From a virus, in the IMG/VR virus record IMGVR_UViG_2915168811_000001: a DNA stretch of 64,000 nucleotides, one strand, 5' to 3'. The position numbers were made by a program, and so were the translations under genes. Positions 36,078 through 45,681 of this stretch are shown piece after piece. The notes below the pieces were generated by a model. The model saw only the letters and a list, made by a program, of their open reading frames with translations, did not search any database and was not told the origin of the DNA. The first letter of the stretch is position 1. Each line of letters opens with the position of its first letter.

Positions 36078-36637
36078 ACCTCGTTTTTCGGGGGTCGACC
36101 TGTTGCTCGCTGCTGAAACGGTGACTTGGGGAAAGGCTGTCCCCCGTTGTACCTGTTCTGCTCGCGCTCAACCTTCTCTCGAATAGCTGCTTCCACGAAG
36201 TGTGACTCGCGGGCGTACAGACCCGTATCGAGGAGAGCGATTTGTGCGTTCGTGAGCAGGTACTGCACCTCATTCGACAGATAGAACGTGCGTTTCGTTC
36301 CGCCGGGTGCGTACGGAAGCGGCGCCGGTTCGATGATTGATGAGGGCTCTGCAGCCGGTGCCGGCGCTGGTGCTATGGGAGCCGGTGCACTTGCTGCTTG
36401 ACGAAACGGGGCGACTGGTGGCGCCGGAGCTTCCACAATTGGTTCAACAGCATCAACTGGCAATTTGACTGCCGGCAGCACAGGAGAATCAGCAGCGGGC
36501 GGCGGCGTGGTGGGTTCGGCTTGCACTGAGGATGGCGTGAGTGGAGTCAAATCAGTCGGCACCACATGGTTGTTGATCAGTGCTGAACCGGACACGCGAC
36601 GCTTACGCGGAGGAAGGCGCAGGCTCTCGTCACTCAT
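36074..36637 (-). CDS. Putative partition adaptor (C-terminal RHH-like)
   Basis: Pro/Ala-rich linker then KRTFYLSNEV...ESHFVEAAIREKV; overlaps the parA stop. Confidence 0.6.
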   Translation of the reverse strand: MSDESLRLPPRKRRVSGSALINNHVVPTDLTPLTPSSVQAEPTTPPPAADSPVLPAVKLPVDAVEPIVEAPAPPVAPFRQAASAPAPIAPAPAPAAEPSSIIEPAPLPYAPGGTKRTFYLSNEVQYLLTNAQIALLDTGLYARESHFVEAAIREKVEREQNRYNGGQPFPKSPFQQRATGRPPKNEV

Positions 36638-37664
36638 CTGACATGACCTCACCTGCGGTGCCCTGCTCCGCCTCTGTGATGCGTGTCACCAGTTCACGCG
36701 CCACGGACTTCACGTCCGAAGCCGCTGAACTCGCCGAATCAGGGATGTGCGACGTCGCGCTCTTCGAGCGGTTCAGCACCTCCCACCATCGCGGCTGCAG
36801 AGCGGCTTCTTTCTCGAGCTCGTGATAGAGCTGACCTCTTTCTCGAGACTCCTGTGCCACCTTTTCGAGGTGTCGGATCGCGGAATCGAATAGCTCAGGC
36901 ATCTCCTCGCCTTCGATCTGCAGCTGCCTCCTAAGTTGCAGGCGCGCGGTGCGCTTAATCTGCGTCCCGGCTACCGTGCTGTCCACGAGCAGGACGCCGA
37001 TAAGTTCAACGGATTCGTTCGCTCCCCCAGGCACGCTGATTTCGTTCATTGATTCAACGGTTTCTGTGACACCCTGAATTGAAGCGCTGTCTGATTTCGT
37101 TGGCGCGAGCACCCACCGAGATGCGCCCAAGGCGGCCATCCTCAGTGAGAGATCCCCTGGTGGCAGGTCAACGAGAATCAACTCGTACTGGTCAGCGATC
37201 GGGCGGAGTACTTCACGCAGTGACACTTTTGCGAGGTCCGGATTCTGGCCGAGCCATGGAGTTACTCGATGCAACCACTTCCCGCCCATCAGTACGTCGA
37301 GACCGGGACGCACATTCTTGAGGGGCTTCACCGGAGTTCCGTCTGAGCTCCCGGATTCAAGCAAAGCCATCGTGAGCTCTCGGCCCTTGTCGTCATTTGG
37401 GGTGTCGATGTACCCCAGGTCACGCGCGATGTTGCCTTGGGGGTCCAGGTCGACTATCAGAACTGGATAGTCCGGCGCAGCGAGGAGCGCCCCGACATTC
37501 GAAACGACGGTTGTTTTAAATACTCCGCCCTTTGCGTTGCCCACCGTCACTACGCGGTCAAAAAGTTCATCCAGCTGTGCCAAGTTGTTCTCCCCTGTTT
37601 TGTGCTCTTCCGGTGTCGAGGTTACGGGGCATCCACTCCCCCGGTCTTGGGGCGCACCGAGCAC
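36630..37664 (-). CDS. parA: ParA partition ATPase
   Basis: NAKGGVFKTT deviant Walker A, VDLDPQGN, LILVDLPP; true start probably downstream of 37664. Confidence 0.9.
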   Translation of the reverse strand: MLGAPQDRGSGCPVTSTPEEHKTGENNLAQLDELFDRVVTVGNAKGGVFKTTVVSNVGALLAAPDYPVLIVDLDPQGNIARDLGYIDTPNDDKGRELTMALLESGSSDGTPVKPLKNVRPGLDVLMGGKWLHRVTPWLGQNPDLAKVSLREVLRPIADQYELILVDLPPGDLSLRMAALGASRWVLAPTKSDSASIQGVTETVESMNEISVPGGANESVELIGVLLVDSTVAGTQIKRTARLQLRRQLQIEGEEMPELFDSAIRHLEKVAQESRERGQLYHELEKEAALQPRWWEVLNRSKSATSHIPDSASSAASDVKSVARELVTRITEAEQGTAGEVMSDE

Positions 37665-37686
37665 TCATGAATCAACGTGCACGTTC

Positions 37687-38226
37687 AACAAACACCCACG
37701 TTGCTGAAACGTAGCCGTTATAGAAACGTGGGTGTTTGTTGTCTAGTGAGTGAAATAACACCCACGTTTCGCCAACACCCACGTTGGCAAAACGTGGGTG
37801 TTGGCGAATGTGTCTCCGGTGTTGAACTGGAACGCGAATGGCCATTTCTCACCCGAAGTCGAAAACGGCGATTTAAGGGATGTTTGCGCATCAGCCTAAG
37901 CACGTACCCCTAGACGTGCTTTGGGCCTCTTCCAGGCGGCGTAGCGTGTTGCACAGCGTGGCCCAATTCGTTCTCCACGCAGATCGAACGTCGTTTGTAA
38001 GCAACTCGGCAAAAAATCCCCTGGGATTGCGTTTGCCGGTACCTAGAAATGTTGCCGTCGCTAATCCGGCGCAGTAAGTCAGAAAAGTCACCGTTCAAAG
38101 AACGTGGGCGTTGTATAAACGGATACGTTATGAGAACGTGGCCGTTCCTAGAACGTATCCGTTCAACAGTCGTGAACAAAACAGCCACGTTTCGGTAAAC
38201 GGCCACGTTCTCCGAACGCCTACGTT
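37687..38226. repeat. Array of 12-bp AAC-N4-ACGTT repeats (centromere/iteron-like)
   Basis: AACACCCACGTT at 37691, 37725(rc), 37757, 37774, 37791(rc); variants at 37708, 38101, 38118, 38135, 38152, 38180, 38198, 38215; lower-GC region upstream of parA. Confidence 0.8.
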
Positions 38227-38244
38227 TCACAATAGGCAGAAACA

Positions 38245-38273
38245 CGAAAGGCCCCGGATGAAGGGGCCTTTCG
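38245..38273. terminator. Hairpin terminator
   Basis: cgaaaggcccc/ggggcctttcg. Confidence 0.75.
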
Positions 38274-38346
38274 TTCGGCCTAGTGGCCGCGGGGGAGTGG
38301 GGCAAGCTTGGAAGAGCGCCCCACGCCAGTCAGTGTAACTGCGATG

Positions 38347-38520
38347 CTAGAAAGCGGCTATCTCAGTTGAAGGCAGTTCGTATCGGCTAGGGAACAGGGG
38401 AGTCGGCGGCGTGGCGTCAAGCACTGGTTGTGCGATGAACCCGTCCGCGACACTGTCAGGAGCGTAGGGCTCAAAAACAGGCTCGCCGCGATCGTAGACA
38501 AGGCGAAGGTGTGCGGCCAT
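38347..38520 (-). CDS. 57-aa small ORF (MAAHLRLVYDRGEPVF...)
   Basis: Strong RBS GAAAGGAAGG; below the ORF-track threshold. Confidence 0.45.
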   Translation of the reverse strand: MAAHLRLVYDRGEPVFEPYAPDSVADGFIAQPVLDATPPTPLFPSRYELPSTEIAAF

Positions 38521-38543
38521 GAGCGGCCTTCCTTTCCGGTGGA

Positions 38544-38573
38544 GAGCTGGGTGGGATCGCTCCCACCCAGCTC
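38544..38573 (-). terminator. Hairpin after 38579..39178
   Basis: gagctgggtggga/tcccacccagctc. Confidence 0.7.
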
Positions 38574-38578
38574 AGAGC

Positions 38579-39178
38579 CTATGCCGCTACCGGCTGCTGC
38601 GCGTTGATGAAGCGCTGCAACTTATTCGGATCGAGCCCGAGAGCCTGCAGAGCCAGCTGCTGCACCTGGAATCCTTCGACAACTCCATCGGACAGAGAAC
38701 GCATGCTGTAGATCATGCGGATCTTGTTGCCGTTCGCCATCTTCTCCATGGCGCCCACGCAGAGGACCTTGTGACCAACAAGGTGCTGAGCTGACTGCGC
38801 CAATGCCTGAGCGGTGGCGTCCCACTCCACATTACGAGTGCGAAGCACCTCCTGCCCGGACATCTTGTTGTGGTCAGACGGCGGGTTGAGCAGGACGATC
38901 ACACCTCGCTTCGAGGTGACCTCCTTGTCGACCCAGTTCAAAGTGCCGATGATCGTCTTCCACTCGATTACGTCCTTGTACTGACGCTCCACCGAGCGCA
39001 CTGCGCTTTCGAGCATCGAAGCTGGCGAATACAGATTCGCGATACGAACAACCTCGTCGTACAGCTTCATGTCCGCCGAACGAGGGTCGTCGAGCTGGGG
39101 GTTGTTCGCCATGGAAATGATGGCGGTGTTGATGATGTTCTGAGTCTGTTCAGGGGTGAACTTAAATTCATCAGCCAT
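38579..39178 (-). CDS. Hypothetical protein
   Basis: RBS GAAAGGA; 199 aa. Confidence 0.75.
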   Translation of the reverse strand: MADEFKFTPEQTQNIINTAIISMANNPQLDDPRSADMKLYDEVVRIANLYSPASMLESAVRSVERQYKDVIEWKTIIGTLNWVDKEVTSKRGVIVLLNPPSDHNKMSGQEVLRTRNVEWDATAQALAQSAQHLVGHKVLCVGAMEKMANGNKIRMIYSMRSLSDGVVEGFQVQQLALQALGLDPNKLQRFINAQQPVAA

Positions 39179-39195
39179 GATCGGATCCTTTCGGG

Positions 39196-40962
39196 TTACG
39201 CGGTAGCCAGCGCGGCGTTTGCCGCACTAGAAGTCGGAGTGAACAGCTGGGCGAGAGTGGCCGGACCGCCAGGCTGGGGATAGATGAGCGTGTGCTCGAG
39301 GGAGTCCTGGTTCCAGATCGCCTCGGCGGTCATCATCAGCGACACTGCAAGCGTTTCGATGCGCTGAACCCAGTTGGCCCAGTCATCCTCAGTTCCGCCG
39401 AACACCGGAGTGATGGTGTCCACGGCAGACTTCACCGAGTAGACCGCCCGTGAGGCGGCGCCGAGATTCAGGCTCTGATTGCCGCTTACGATCTTTTCGA
39501 CCCGTCGAGTAATCGTGCCGAGGACGGACGCAAAGCCGTTCAAGCTGGTCGCGGTCAGCGGCTGTGCGTTGTACCGCAGCGTCCGGAGCGCGAACGTCGC
39601 CAGATCGGAGGAGTTGCGTGCGGCGTGCGACATCAGATTGAGCTCGACACCGACCGTCTCCTGATCCATGCGCGCTTCTGGGCGAGGTGCTCTAGTGGAA
39701 GACATTTTCAACCTTTCAAATGGTGAGAGTGATTCGACCTCAGTGATGCGCGGTGCTTCGCTCACCGGTGCAGGCGGCGGAGTTTCCGTTTCTGCTGGCG
39801 TCTGTGCGGCGGCCACCTCTTCAGCTGTCGCTTCCCGAACAACGTCGACACCGCGCTCGTTCGGTGCGATCAGGAACGTGGGCGCCTCGGAATGGAATCG
39901 GCTGTCGTCGAGCACGCCCAGGTCAGTACCGAGTGAAGTGATTACATGAATGCCGAGCTCGTCCGCGGAACGCTTAGTGCGCGCTGAGGCGTCAGCTTTC
40001 ACCGCCTTCTCAAGAGCGACCTCGAGCGGCTTCCAGCGAGTACCGACCGCATTGGCAGGCACCGGGATATTCGCGACAGGGCACGAACGGGCGAGGTCGC
40101 ACCAGGAGCAGAGGCCGCCTGGGGTCGCCGGGAACAGCTTCGCTTTCACGAGGCCTGTTAGTTTTGCTCGCGTTTTCTTGAACCCGTCGAGTGTTGCCTG
40201 CTGCTCACTCTCGACAATGTCGAGGTCGCGAATGATTGGCTCACGCGGGTAGATGATCCGGAGCGAATCGACTGGCACCCCGAAGTTCGTGACGTACAGG
40301 TCCCGGTACAGATGCTGCTGCGCTTTGTACCCGTCATGAAATTTTGGGTTCGGGACACCTTTCCAGACGCCGAACTTGTAGTCATCTGATCCGAAGGACC
40401 CGTCTGGAAGACGCCGAACACGGTCGATCTTGCCCGTGGACGATACCCCGTTGGACGTCAGAAGACCTTTGAGCTCCACTTCAGTGCCGACGACGTCGAC
40501 GTCCTGCGGATTCTCGAGAAGCACAATACGCATCGCCCAGTTCAAGACGGTGTCGTGCCATTCAGCGCGAAGCTCGCGGTTAGCTTCCAGTGTCTGGGGG
40601 AACTGATCCACGAGCTTCGACTCAGACCATTTCCGCTCAGACACTTCGTCAGCGAGCCGGCGGAACTCGTCCTCCAGTCGCTTCGCCGGCGGAAGGAGAT
40701 AGAAATGCTCCAGAATGTCGTGCGAACCCGAGCCGAGCACGTTCGCATCGAAGGGGTGCTCATGACGGGGGAGGTTGCATTTCGCGGCGTGGGACGCAGG
40801 GCACTGCTCCACGGCTTCAGCCACCGAGTGTGACAGCAGCTCGCGGTCAGCGTTTTTGGCCTGCTCGGCGCTGACGGAGAGCGCATACGAGCCGGGGGAC
40901 TGCTCGATGAAACGCATCCCCTTGACGCTTTTCGGCTTCCGCGCCTGAAATGGTTCGCTCAT
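39196..40962 (-). CDS. PD-(D/E)XK RecB/AddB-type nuclease (Cys-cluster) fused to a helical C-terminal domain
   Basis: EQCP, GSGSHDILE, TGKIDRV, DDYKFG, QQHLY, LCSWCDLARSC. Confidence 0.8.
   Translation of the reverse strand: MSEPFQARKPKSVKGMRFIEQSPGSYALSVSAEQAKNADRELLSHSVAEAVEQCPASHAAKCNLPRHEHPFDANVLGSGSHDILEHFYLLPPAKRLEDEFRRLADEVSERKWSESKLVDQFPQTLEANRELRAEWHDTVLNWAMRIVLLENPQDVDVVGTEVELKGLLTSNGVSSTGKIDRVRRLPDGSFGSDDYKFGVWKGVPNPKFHDGYKAQQHLYRDLYVTNFGVPVDSLRIIYPREPIIRDLDIVESEQQATLDGFKKTRAKLTGLVKAKLFPATPGGLCSWCDLARSCPVANIPVPANAVGTRWKPLEVALEKAVKADASARTKRSADELGIHVITSLGTDLGVLDDSRFHSEAPTFLIAPNERGVDVVREATAEEVAAAQTPAETETPPPAPVSEAPRITEVESLSPFERLKMSSTRAPRPEARMDQETVGVELNLMSHAARNSSDLATFALRTLRYNAQPLTATSLNGFASVLGTITRRVEKIVSGNQSLNLGAASRAVYSVKSAVDTITPVFGGTEDDWANWVQRIETLAVSLMMTAEAIWNQDSLEHTLIYPQPGGPATLAQLFTPTSSAANAALATA
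39742..39753 (-). promoter_or_regulatory. Class A motif internal to nuclease gene
   Basis: Followed by GAAAGG RBS and in-frame ATG 39705. Confidence 0.7.
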
Positions 40963-41363
40963 GCTGACGGCACCCCCGCGGCGACCTTGACTTGCCTTTT
41001 AGGCATTTTGGAGGCGTAGAAAAGTGTCCCGGTGCAGCCAACAATGAGGGTGCATTTGGCTCCCTTGGTTGGGGCCTTCACTGCCAAAGCCCAACGACCG
41101 CATACATCGCAGACGGTGATCGAGCGAAGGGGTGCACGCTGGAGGTGCTGCAGCACGTACGGATGCTCGTCGATCAGGCGTTGCTGTTCGGCAGTCAGCA
41201 GAACGCGCTCCCACACCTCAGGGCTTTCAACGAGCGCCTTCCAGGTGTTGCATCCCGTCGCCCCGAGAGTGAGTAGCGCTACGTGCGCAGCCTGTCCGAG
41301 CTCAGGAAGCTCCGTGTCATGGGTGACGAGCTTGACCTTGACTTTGGGCTTTGCGCGCGCCAT
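40959..41363 (-). CDS. Small Zn-ribbon-like protein
   Basis: CDVC and CTLIVGC. Confidence 0.6.
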   Translation of the reverse strand: MARAKPKVKVKLVTHDTELPELGQAAHVALLTLGATGCNTWKALVESPEVWERVLLTAEQQRLIDEHPYVLQHLQRAPLRSITVCDVCGRWALAVKAPTKGAKCTLIVGCTGTLFYASKMPKRQVKVAAGVPSA

Positions 41364-41572
41364 TACAGCGCCTCCACAGCTCGGGGGGCGCGGCGAATCA
41401 GCAGGGCGCAGCCTGCAAAGGCGGCGAGCAGGGCGAGAAGCGAGGCGCCGTTGAAGACAAGGTCATTTGCGGCGATGCGCACTGGAATGCTGACCACTGC
41501 CGAAGAAATCAGCGCGAAAGCAATCAGCGTGCGAGTCGCCGCGAAGCGTTCTGGGGTTGGGTTCTTGCTCAT
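41363..41572 (-). CDS. Small two-TM membrane protein (leaderless)
   Basis: ATG 6 nt after a class A motif; two hydrophobic segments. Confidence 0.6.
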   Translation of the reverse strand: MSKNPTPERFAATRTLIAFALISSAVVSIPVRIAANDLVFNGASLLALLAAFAGCALLIRRAPRAVEAL

Positions 41573-41578
41573 GTGTTC

Positions 41579-41590
41579 AGTGATGCGCGG
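41579..41590 (-). promoter_or_regulatory. Class A motif CCGCGCATCACT (leaderless spacing)
   Basis: 6 nt before ATG 41572; back-to-back with the copy at 41665. Confidence 0.85.
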
Positions 41591-41664
41591 CGCGGCCGAG
41601 CAAATGATCGTCACTGCCGAGTCGCTCAGGGTGACATGCCGGAAAGGCGGGTCAGGCTGAGCTG

Positions 41665-41676
41665 CCGCGCATCACT
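41665..41676 (+). promoter_or_regulatory. Class A motif CCGCGCATCACT
   Basis: Upstream of the RNase H gene. Confidence 0.8.
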
Positions 41677-41718
41677 GCGAGTGAGGAGCAGGGAGCTCCG
41701 CAGAAAAGGAACGCAGCC

Positions 41719-42657
41719 ATGTCGAAACTTCTGGCCCTACCTCGGCCTCCATCCACCGTCACTCCGTTGAGCTCGCCAAGACCAGAGGCACCTTCACTTG
41801 GACGCATCGACGCCCTTGTCTGGGTAGAGCGCGCGGGACTGAGCCTGAACTGGGCGCTCTCCATCGACGACCCGGTGACGAGCCCGGTCCCGAGACGGCT
41901 CGCTGCGGGGGAGTCGCACGGAGGCAGGGGAGAGCGGGACGGCCGCGCCTGGTACCGGCAAGTAGCAGCGCACCTAAAGCGTCAAGTGACCGGCGACGGT
42001 CGTGAGATTGTCCTGCATCTTGGCTCTGCCACTACAGCGCGGGCGCGCGAACTGCACGCCCAGGCTTTCGAAGGCAAACTCCCGCCGGGAGTTCGCTTGG
42101 CTGACCCGCTGGAAAGTATCGACCGTCATCATCTCCTCAGTCCGATCGCGGAAGCATCCACCCCTGGCGTTATCTGGGATGGACCCGCCGTGATCGCGAC
42201 GGACGGCAGCGTCTCCCACCACAACGGCCATGCCGGCTGGGGGTGGATCTCCAACCGAGGGGCATTTGGCCTCGGTGCGCTCGGGTCAACCCATGACGTC
42301 TGCCACTCCGAGCTTTCCGGAGTCCGGGACGCGCTCGCGCGTGTCCGTGACGGACGCCAGGTGGAGGTGCTCGTGGACTCCACCGAAGCAATCAGTCTGA
42401 TCGACCGCTACATCAGGGAGGGTGACTCGAGCGTGTTCGTGTCGCGTCGCCGTCGCGCAGCGCTTCGCGGTCTCGATCGCACTCCGGTGAGAGAGGTAAC
42501 CATTTCGAAGGTCGCCGGCCACTCCGGCCACCCGCTGAACGAGGGAGCAGATCGTCTGTCGAAGCTCGCGCGCCGCGCCTCTGAAGGCGGGTTGGAGCCA
42601 GCAACTGTGTGGAAGCAGGCGTGCGGCATCCGAGATGACGTCATGGCCGCACTTTGA
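41719..42657 (+). CDS. rnhA: Ribonuclease HI with N-terminal extension
   Basis: IATDGS, GWGW, SELSGV, VLVDS, KVAGHSGHPLNEGADRLS. Confidence 0.85.
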   Translation: MSKLLALPRPPSTVTPLSSPRPEAPSLGRIDALVWVERAGLSLNWALSIDDPVTSPVPRRLAAGESHGGRGERDGRAWYRQVAAHLKRQVTGDGREIVLHLGSATTARARELHAQAFEGKLPPGVRLADPLESIDRHHLLSPIAEASTPGVIWDGPAVIATDGSVSHHNGHAGWGWISNRGAFGLGALGSTHDVCHSELSGVRDALARVRDGRQVEVLVDSTEAISLIDRYIREGDSSVFVSRRRRAALRGLDRTPVREVTISKVAGHSGHPLNEGADRLSKLARRASEGGLEPATVWKQACGIRDDVMAAL

Positions 42658-42667
42658 AATATGGTCG

Positions 42668-42679
42668 CCGCGCATCACT
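42668..42679 (+). promoter_or_regulatory. Class A motif CCGCGCATCACT (leaderless spacing)
   Basis: 6 nt before ATG 42686. Confidence 0.85.
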
Positions 42680-42685
42680 GTGGGT

Positions 42686-43444
42686 ATGAAACGTATCTCC
42701 AGCCTGTTCATCGCGGTCGTCGTCCTTGGCCTCTTCGCTTCCCTCTACATTCAGCAGGGTAAGTGGGACGCCTCAGTGCTCGGTCCGATCCGTGCAGTAG
42801 CGGGCGATGAAGCAGCGGCGAAGGTCGACGAAGGTGTCCGTGGTGGTCTGGCCGCCACCGACGAGTTCGTCGCGGAGGCTGGCGCGTCAACGGTTCCTGA
42901 TCTGGTGGCGAAGCTCGGCACGTTCACCGCCCCCGAGGTTGGTCGGATGCCGAAGTACGAGCGTGAGCAGTTCGGTGACGGCTGGCTCTCTAACGTCGGG
43001 GATGGATGCTCGACCCGTGAAGCCATCCTGATGCGTGACCTCACTGAGGTCACGATGCGCGAGGACCGTAAATGCAAGGTCCACACCGGCGTACTGAACC
43101 CTGATCCGTACACGGGCAAGGTCATCAAGTTCAATTCAGTCGAAGACCCCATGGCAGTGCAGATCGATCACGTCGTGCCTTTGTCGGAAGCCTGGAAGAA
43201 GGGCGCATGGGAGTGGGATCCGAACCTTCGTGTGCAGTTCGCGAACGATCCACTGAACCTCATTGCGTCTGACGGCCCGGAGAACAACCGAAAGAGCGAC
43301 AAGAGCCCGTCGCGCTGGATGCCCAAAAACAAGGCGTTCACGTGCGAGTACGCCGAGCGATACGTTCAGATCACGGACAAGTACGCGCTGTCGATGGATC
43401 CGGCTGACGCAGATACGCTCGGGCGGGTGCTTGAGCAGTGCTAA
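42686..43444 (+). CDS. Exported HNH nuclease (DUF1524-like)
   Basis: Signal/TM; YEREQFG.GW, CSTREAIL.RD, QIDHVVPL, FAND..NL, NNRKSD. Confidence 0.85.
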   Translation: MKRISSLFIAVVVLGLFASLYIQQGKWDASVLGPIRAVAGDEAAAKVDEGVRGGLAATDEFVAEAGASTVPDLVAKLGTFTAPEVGRMPKYEREQFGDGWLSNVGDGCSTREAILMRDLTEVTMREDRKCKVHTGVLNPDPYTGKVIKFNSVEDPMAVQIDHVVPLSEAWKKGAWEWDPNLRVQFANDPLNLIASDGPENNRKSDKSPSRWMPKNKAFTCEYAERYVQITDKYALSMDPADADTLGRVLEQC

Positions 43445-45534
43445 CCCAGACTTACGCGCCCCCGGTAGCCGTCCAGCCGCGCACCGGCACTGCTCTGCTG
43501 ACCGGGCGTCCTTCGAAGCCTGAGCTGTTCATCGACTTCCCCTACACCGCCACCCATCCGCAGTCCGGGGTGCCGCTGCGAGAGATGCTGAAAGCCTGGC
43601 CTGGCGCCCGCTGGCAGAAGGCTACGAGCAACTGGCGGGTCACGGGGACTCCTAGGCACCCGGACGAACTGCTGCGCGCAGCAGGGCTCGAGGTCATCAT
43701 CGACCCCGTCGCCATGCCAGGAATTCGATCGCTCGAGGACGTGTACTGGCCGGTCGCAAAGCTCGATGACAACGGACGAACCGTTGCGATTCGCCACCGC
43801 CTCTGCGGGTATGTCGCAGCCTCGTTCATGCTTGGCCTCGCATCGTCCTGGGATAAAGCCGATGAACTGTTCCGCATCCCCGTCACCGACGTGTACGACA
43901 AAGGCTTGCCCCGAAAGAACGTGCAATGGGACCAAGCATCCCTCGACGCCGCCTACACCGCCCTGACAGTCATTCCCGGGCAGGCCGGGTTCGAGCAGGT
44001 CGCCGGTGATCTCGGTCGCGCGGTGTCGATGGGCCCGCAGTCCCAGGAATGGGCGAAAGAGAACATCGCGAAGCTACCGGAGTGGTGGGCGCGTGAAATG
44101 TTCGCGTTCCAGGAGCCAGGGGCGCTCTCGGTCTTTCTGGGGCACCGCCTCCTCGCTGATCCCCCTGGATTGGGGAAGACGCTCCAATCCATCGCTGTCG
44201 CCGCGATGCAGGAGTCCGAACGCATCCTGATCGTCTGCCCGCCGCTGCTCGCGGTGAACTGGGGTCGCGAGTTTGAGAAATGCGGCTACCCGGGCGAGAT
44301 CGCCGTGTTTAAGGCCGGACGCAAGGAGCCCGTAATCCCTGACGCCGGCGTGGTGATTGTGCCGGACAGCCTGATCACCTCCCGCGAGGAGCTGCGCCAG
44401 CGCATCATCGACTGGGAACCGCAGACCATGGCGGTCGATGAGGCACATCGGATGAAAAGCCTGTCGGCGAAACGAACGAACGCAATTCTTGACGTCTCAG
44501 TTCATGTTCCGGTTCACGGGCGCATCGCGATCACCGGAACACCTGTCATGAGCACGCCGGCGGAGCTTGTGCCGCTGCTGGAGTTCACCGGGCACCTCGG
44601 CCCGATCTTCGGGGGCGCGGACGCTTTCCTGCAACGCTTCTGCACAGTGACCCCGTTCGGGAAGTTCAACCCCCGCCAGTCCTCCCTCAACGAGCTGCAC
44701 CTACTGCTGCGCCAGCACGTGTGGGTGCGCCGGGAGAAAGCGCGCGTGCTCCCGTTCCTGCCCTCCCGCATGCATACCGGCGTCGAGCTCGTCGTGGACG
44801 CGAAGCCTTACCGGGAAGCGCACGACGCTGTGCTCGAAAAGATCATGGAGTGGGCAAAGGCTTTCTACGAGGAAAACGGCGTGCTTCCGGGCAAGGAGGA
44901 GCAGGACGAGTTCTGCAACCAGTCCCTCAGTATGGTGTCAATGCTTCGCGTGGCGTCCGCGCTGACGAAGATCCCGGCCGCCCGCGAGATGATCGCTGAG
45001 CACATCGCCAACGACCCAGACAACGAATCGCCGCTCGTCGTCTGGGTGCATCACCACGAAATCACGCTCGCGCTCGCTGAGCAGATGGAAGAGCTCGGGG
45101 TGACGTACCGAATCCTCGACGGTCAAGAGTCAAACACGCGGCGACAGGCAGCGGTCGACGACTACCAGGCCGGAAAGATCCAGGTCCTGATCGCCGGAAT
45201 CATTGCCGCAGGCGTCGGCATCACCCTCACCCGCGGATACGAAGCGCTGTTCGCCGAGACCGACTGGACGCCCGCGAACGTCACACAATGCATGGACCGC
45301 CAGCACCGCATCGGACAGGAGAAACCCGTCTTAGCGCGCACCCTCGTCGCGCTCGGCACCCTGGATGAACACATCCAGAAGCTGCAGCTGAAGAAGCAGC
45401 AGATGCTGGAGCACATCCACGGCGACAACCAGTCCAACGTCGCAGTGCTTTCAGGCGGCGAACTCATCGGCCCCCGAGACATCATCCGCCAGCTCGTCGA
45501 CATCGTGATCACGAAAGCGCGCAAGGAGCTGTAA
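43438..45534 (+). CDS. SNF2-family helicase (SMARCAL1/HARP-like)
   Basis: LLADPPGLGKT, VDEAH, ITGTP, QCMDRQHRIGQ. Confidence 0.9.
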   Translation: MLTQTYAPPVAVQPRTGTALLTGRPSKPELFIDFPYTATHPQSGVPLREMLKAWPGARWQKATSNWRVTGTPRHPDELLRAAGLEVIIDPVAMPGIRSLEDVYWPVAKLDDNGRTVAIRHRLCGYVAASFMLGLASSWDKADELFRIPVTDVYDKGLPRKNVQWDQASLDAAYTALTVIPGQAGFEQVAGDLGRAVSMGPQSQEWAKENIAKLPEWWAREMFAFQEPGALSVFLGHRLLADPPGLGKTLQSIAVAAMQESERILIVCPPLLAVNWGREFEKCGYPGEIAVFKAGRKEPVIPDAGVVIVPDSLITSREELRQRIIDWEPQTMAVDEAHRMKSLSAKRTNAILDVSVHVPVHGRIAITGTPVMSTPAELVPLLEFTGHLGPIFGGADAFLQRFCTVTPFGKFNPRQSSLNELHLLLRQHVWVRREKARVLPFLPSRMHTGVELVVDAKPYREAHDAVLEKIMEWAKAFYEENGVLPGKEEQDEFCNQSLSMVSMLRVASALTKIPAAREMIAEHIANDPDNESPLVVWVHHHEITLALAEQMEELGVTYRILDGQESNTRRQAAVDDYQAGKIQVLIAGIIAAGVGITLTRGYEALFAETDWTPANVTQCMDRQHRIGQEKPVLARTLVALGTLDEHIQKLQLKKQQMLEHIHGDNQSNVAVLSGGELIGPRDIIRQLVDIVITKARKEL

Positions 45535-45625
45535 ACGACGGCGCCCTTGCCTTGACCCCTGTGAGGGCGCGCTGTCGCTGGGATGCGCTGAGACCCCGAC
45601 TGAACGCGCCGAATGGTCATGGGCT

Positions 45626-45662
45626 GCTCCGGGTGTGACTTTCTAGCACACCCGGAGCTTTT
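45626..45662. terminator. Terminator between convergent genes
   Basis: gctccgggtgtg/cacacccggagc plus tttt. Confidence 0.8.
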
Positions 45663-45681
45663 GAATGCCACCAGCTGCGAG

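Noticed and set aside
37687-38226. Repeat array as a CRISPR array
   Set aside because: Units are 12 bp, in mixed orientation, with irregular short spacers; this is a binding-site array, not CRISPR.
39196-40962. Cas4-like nuclease suggesting a CRISPR system
   Set aside because: No repeat-spacer array or other cas genes in the window; the context fits a RecB/AddB-type recombination nuclease.
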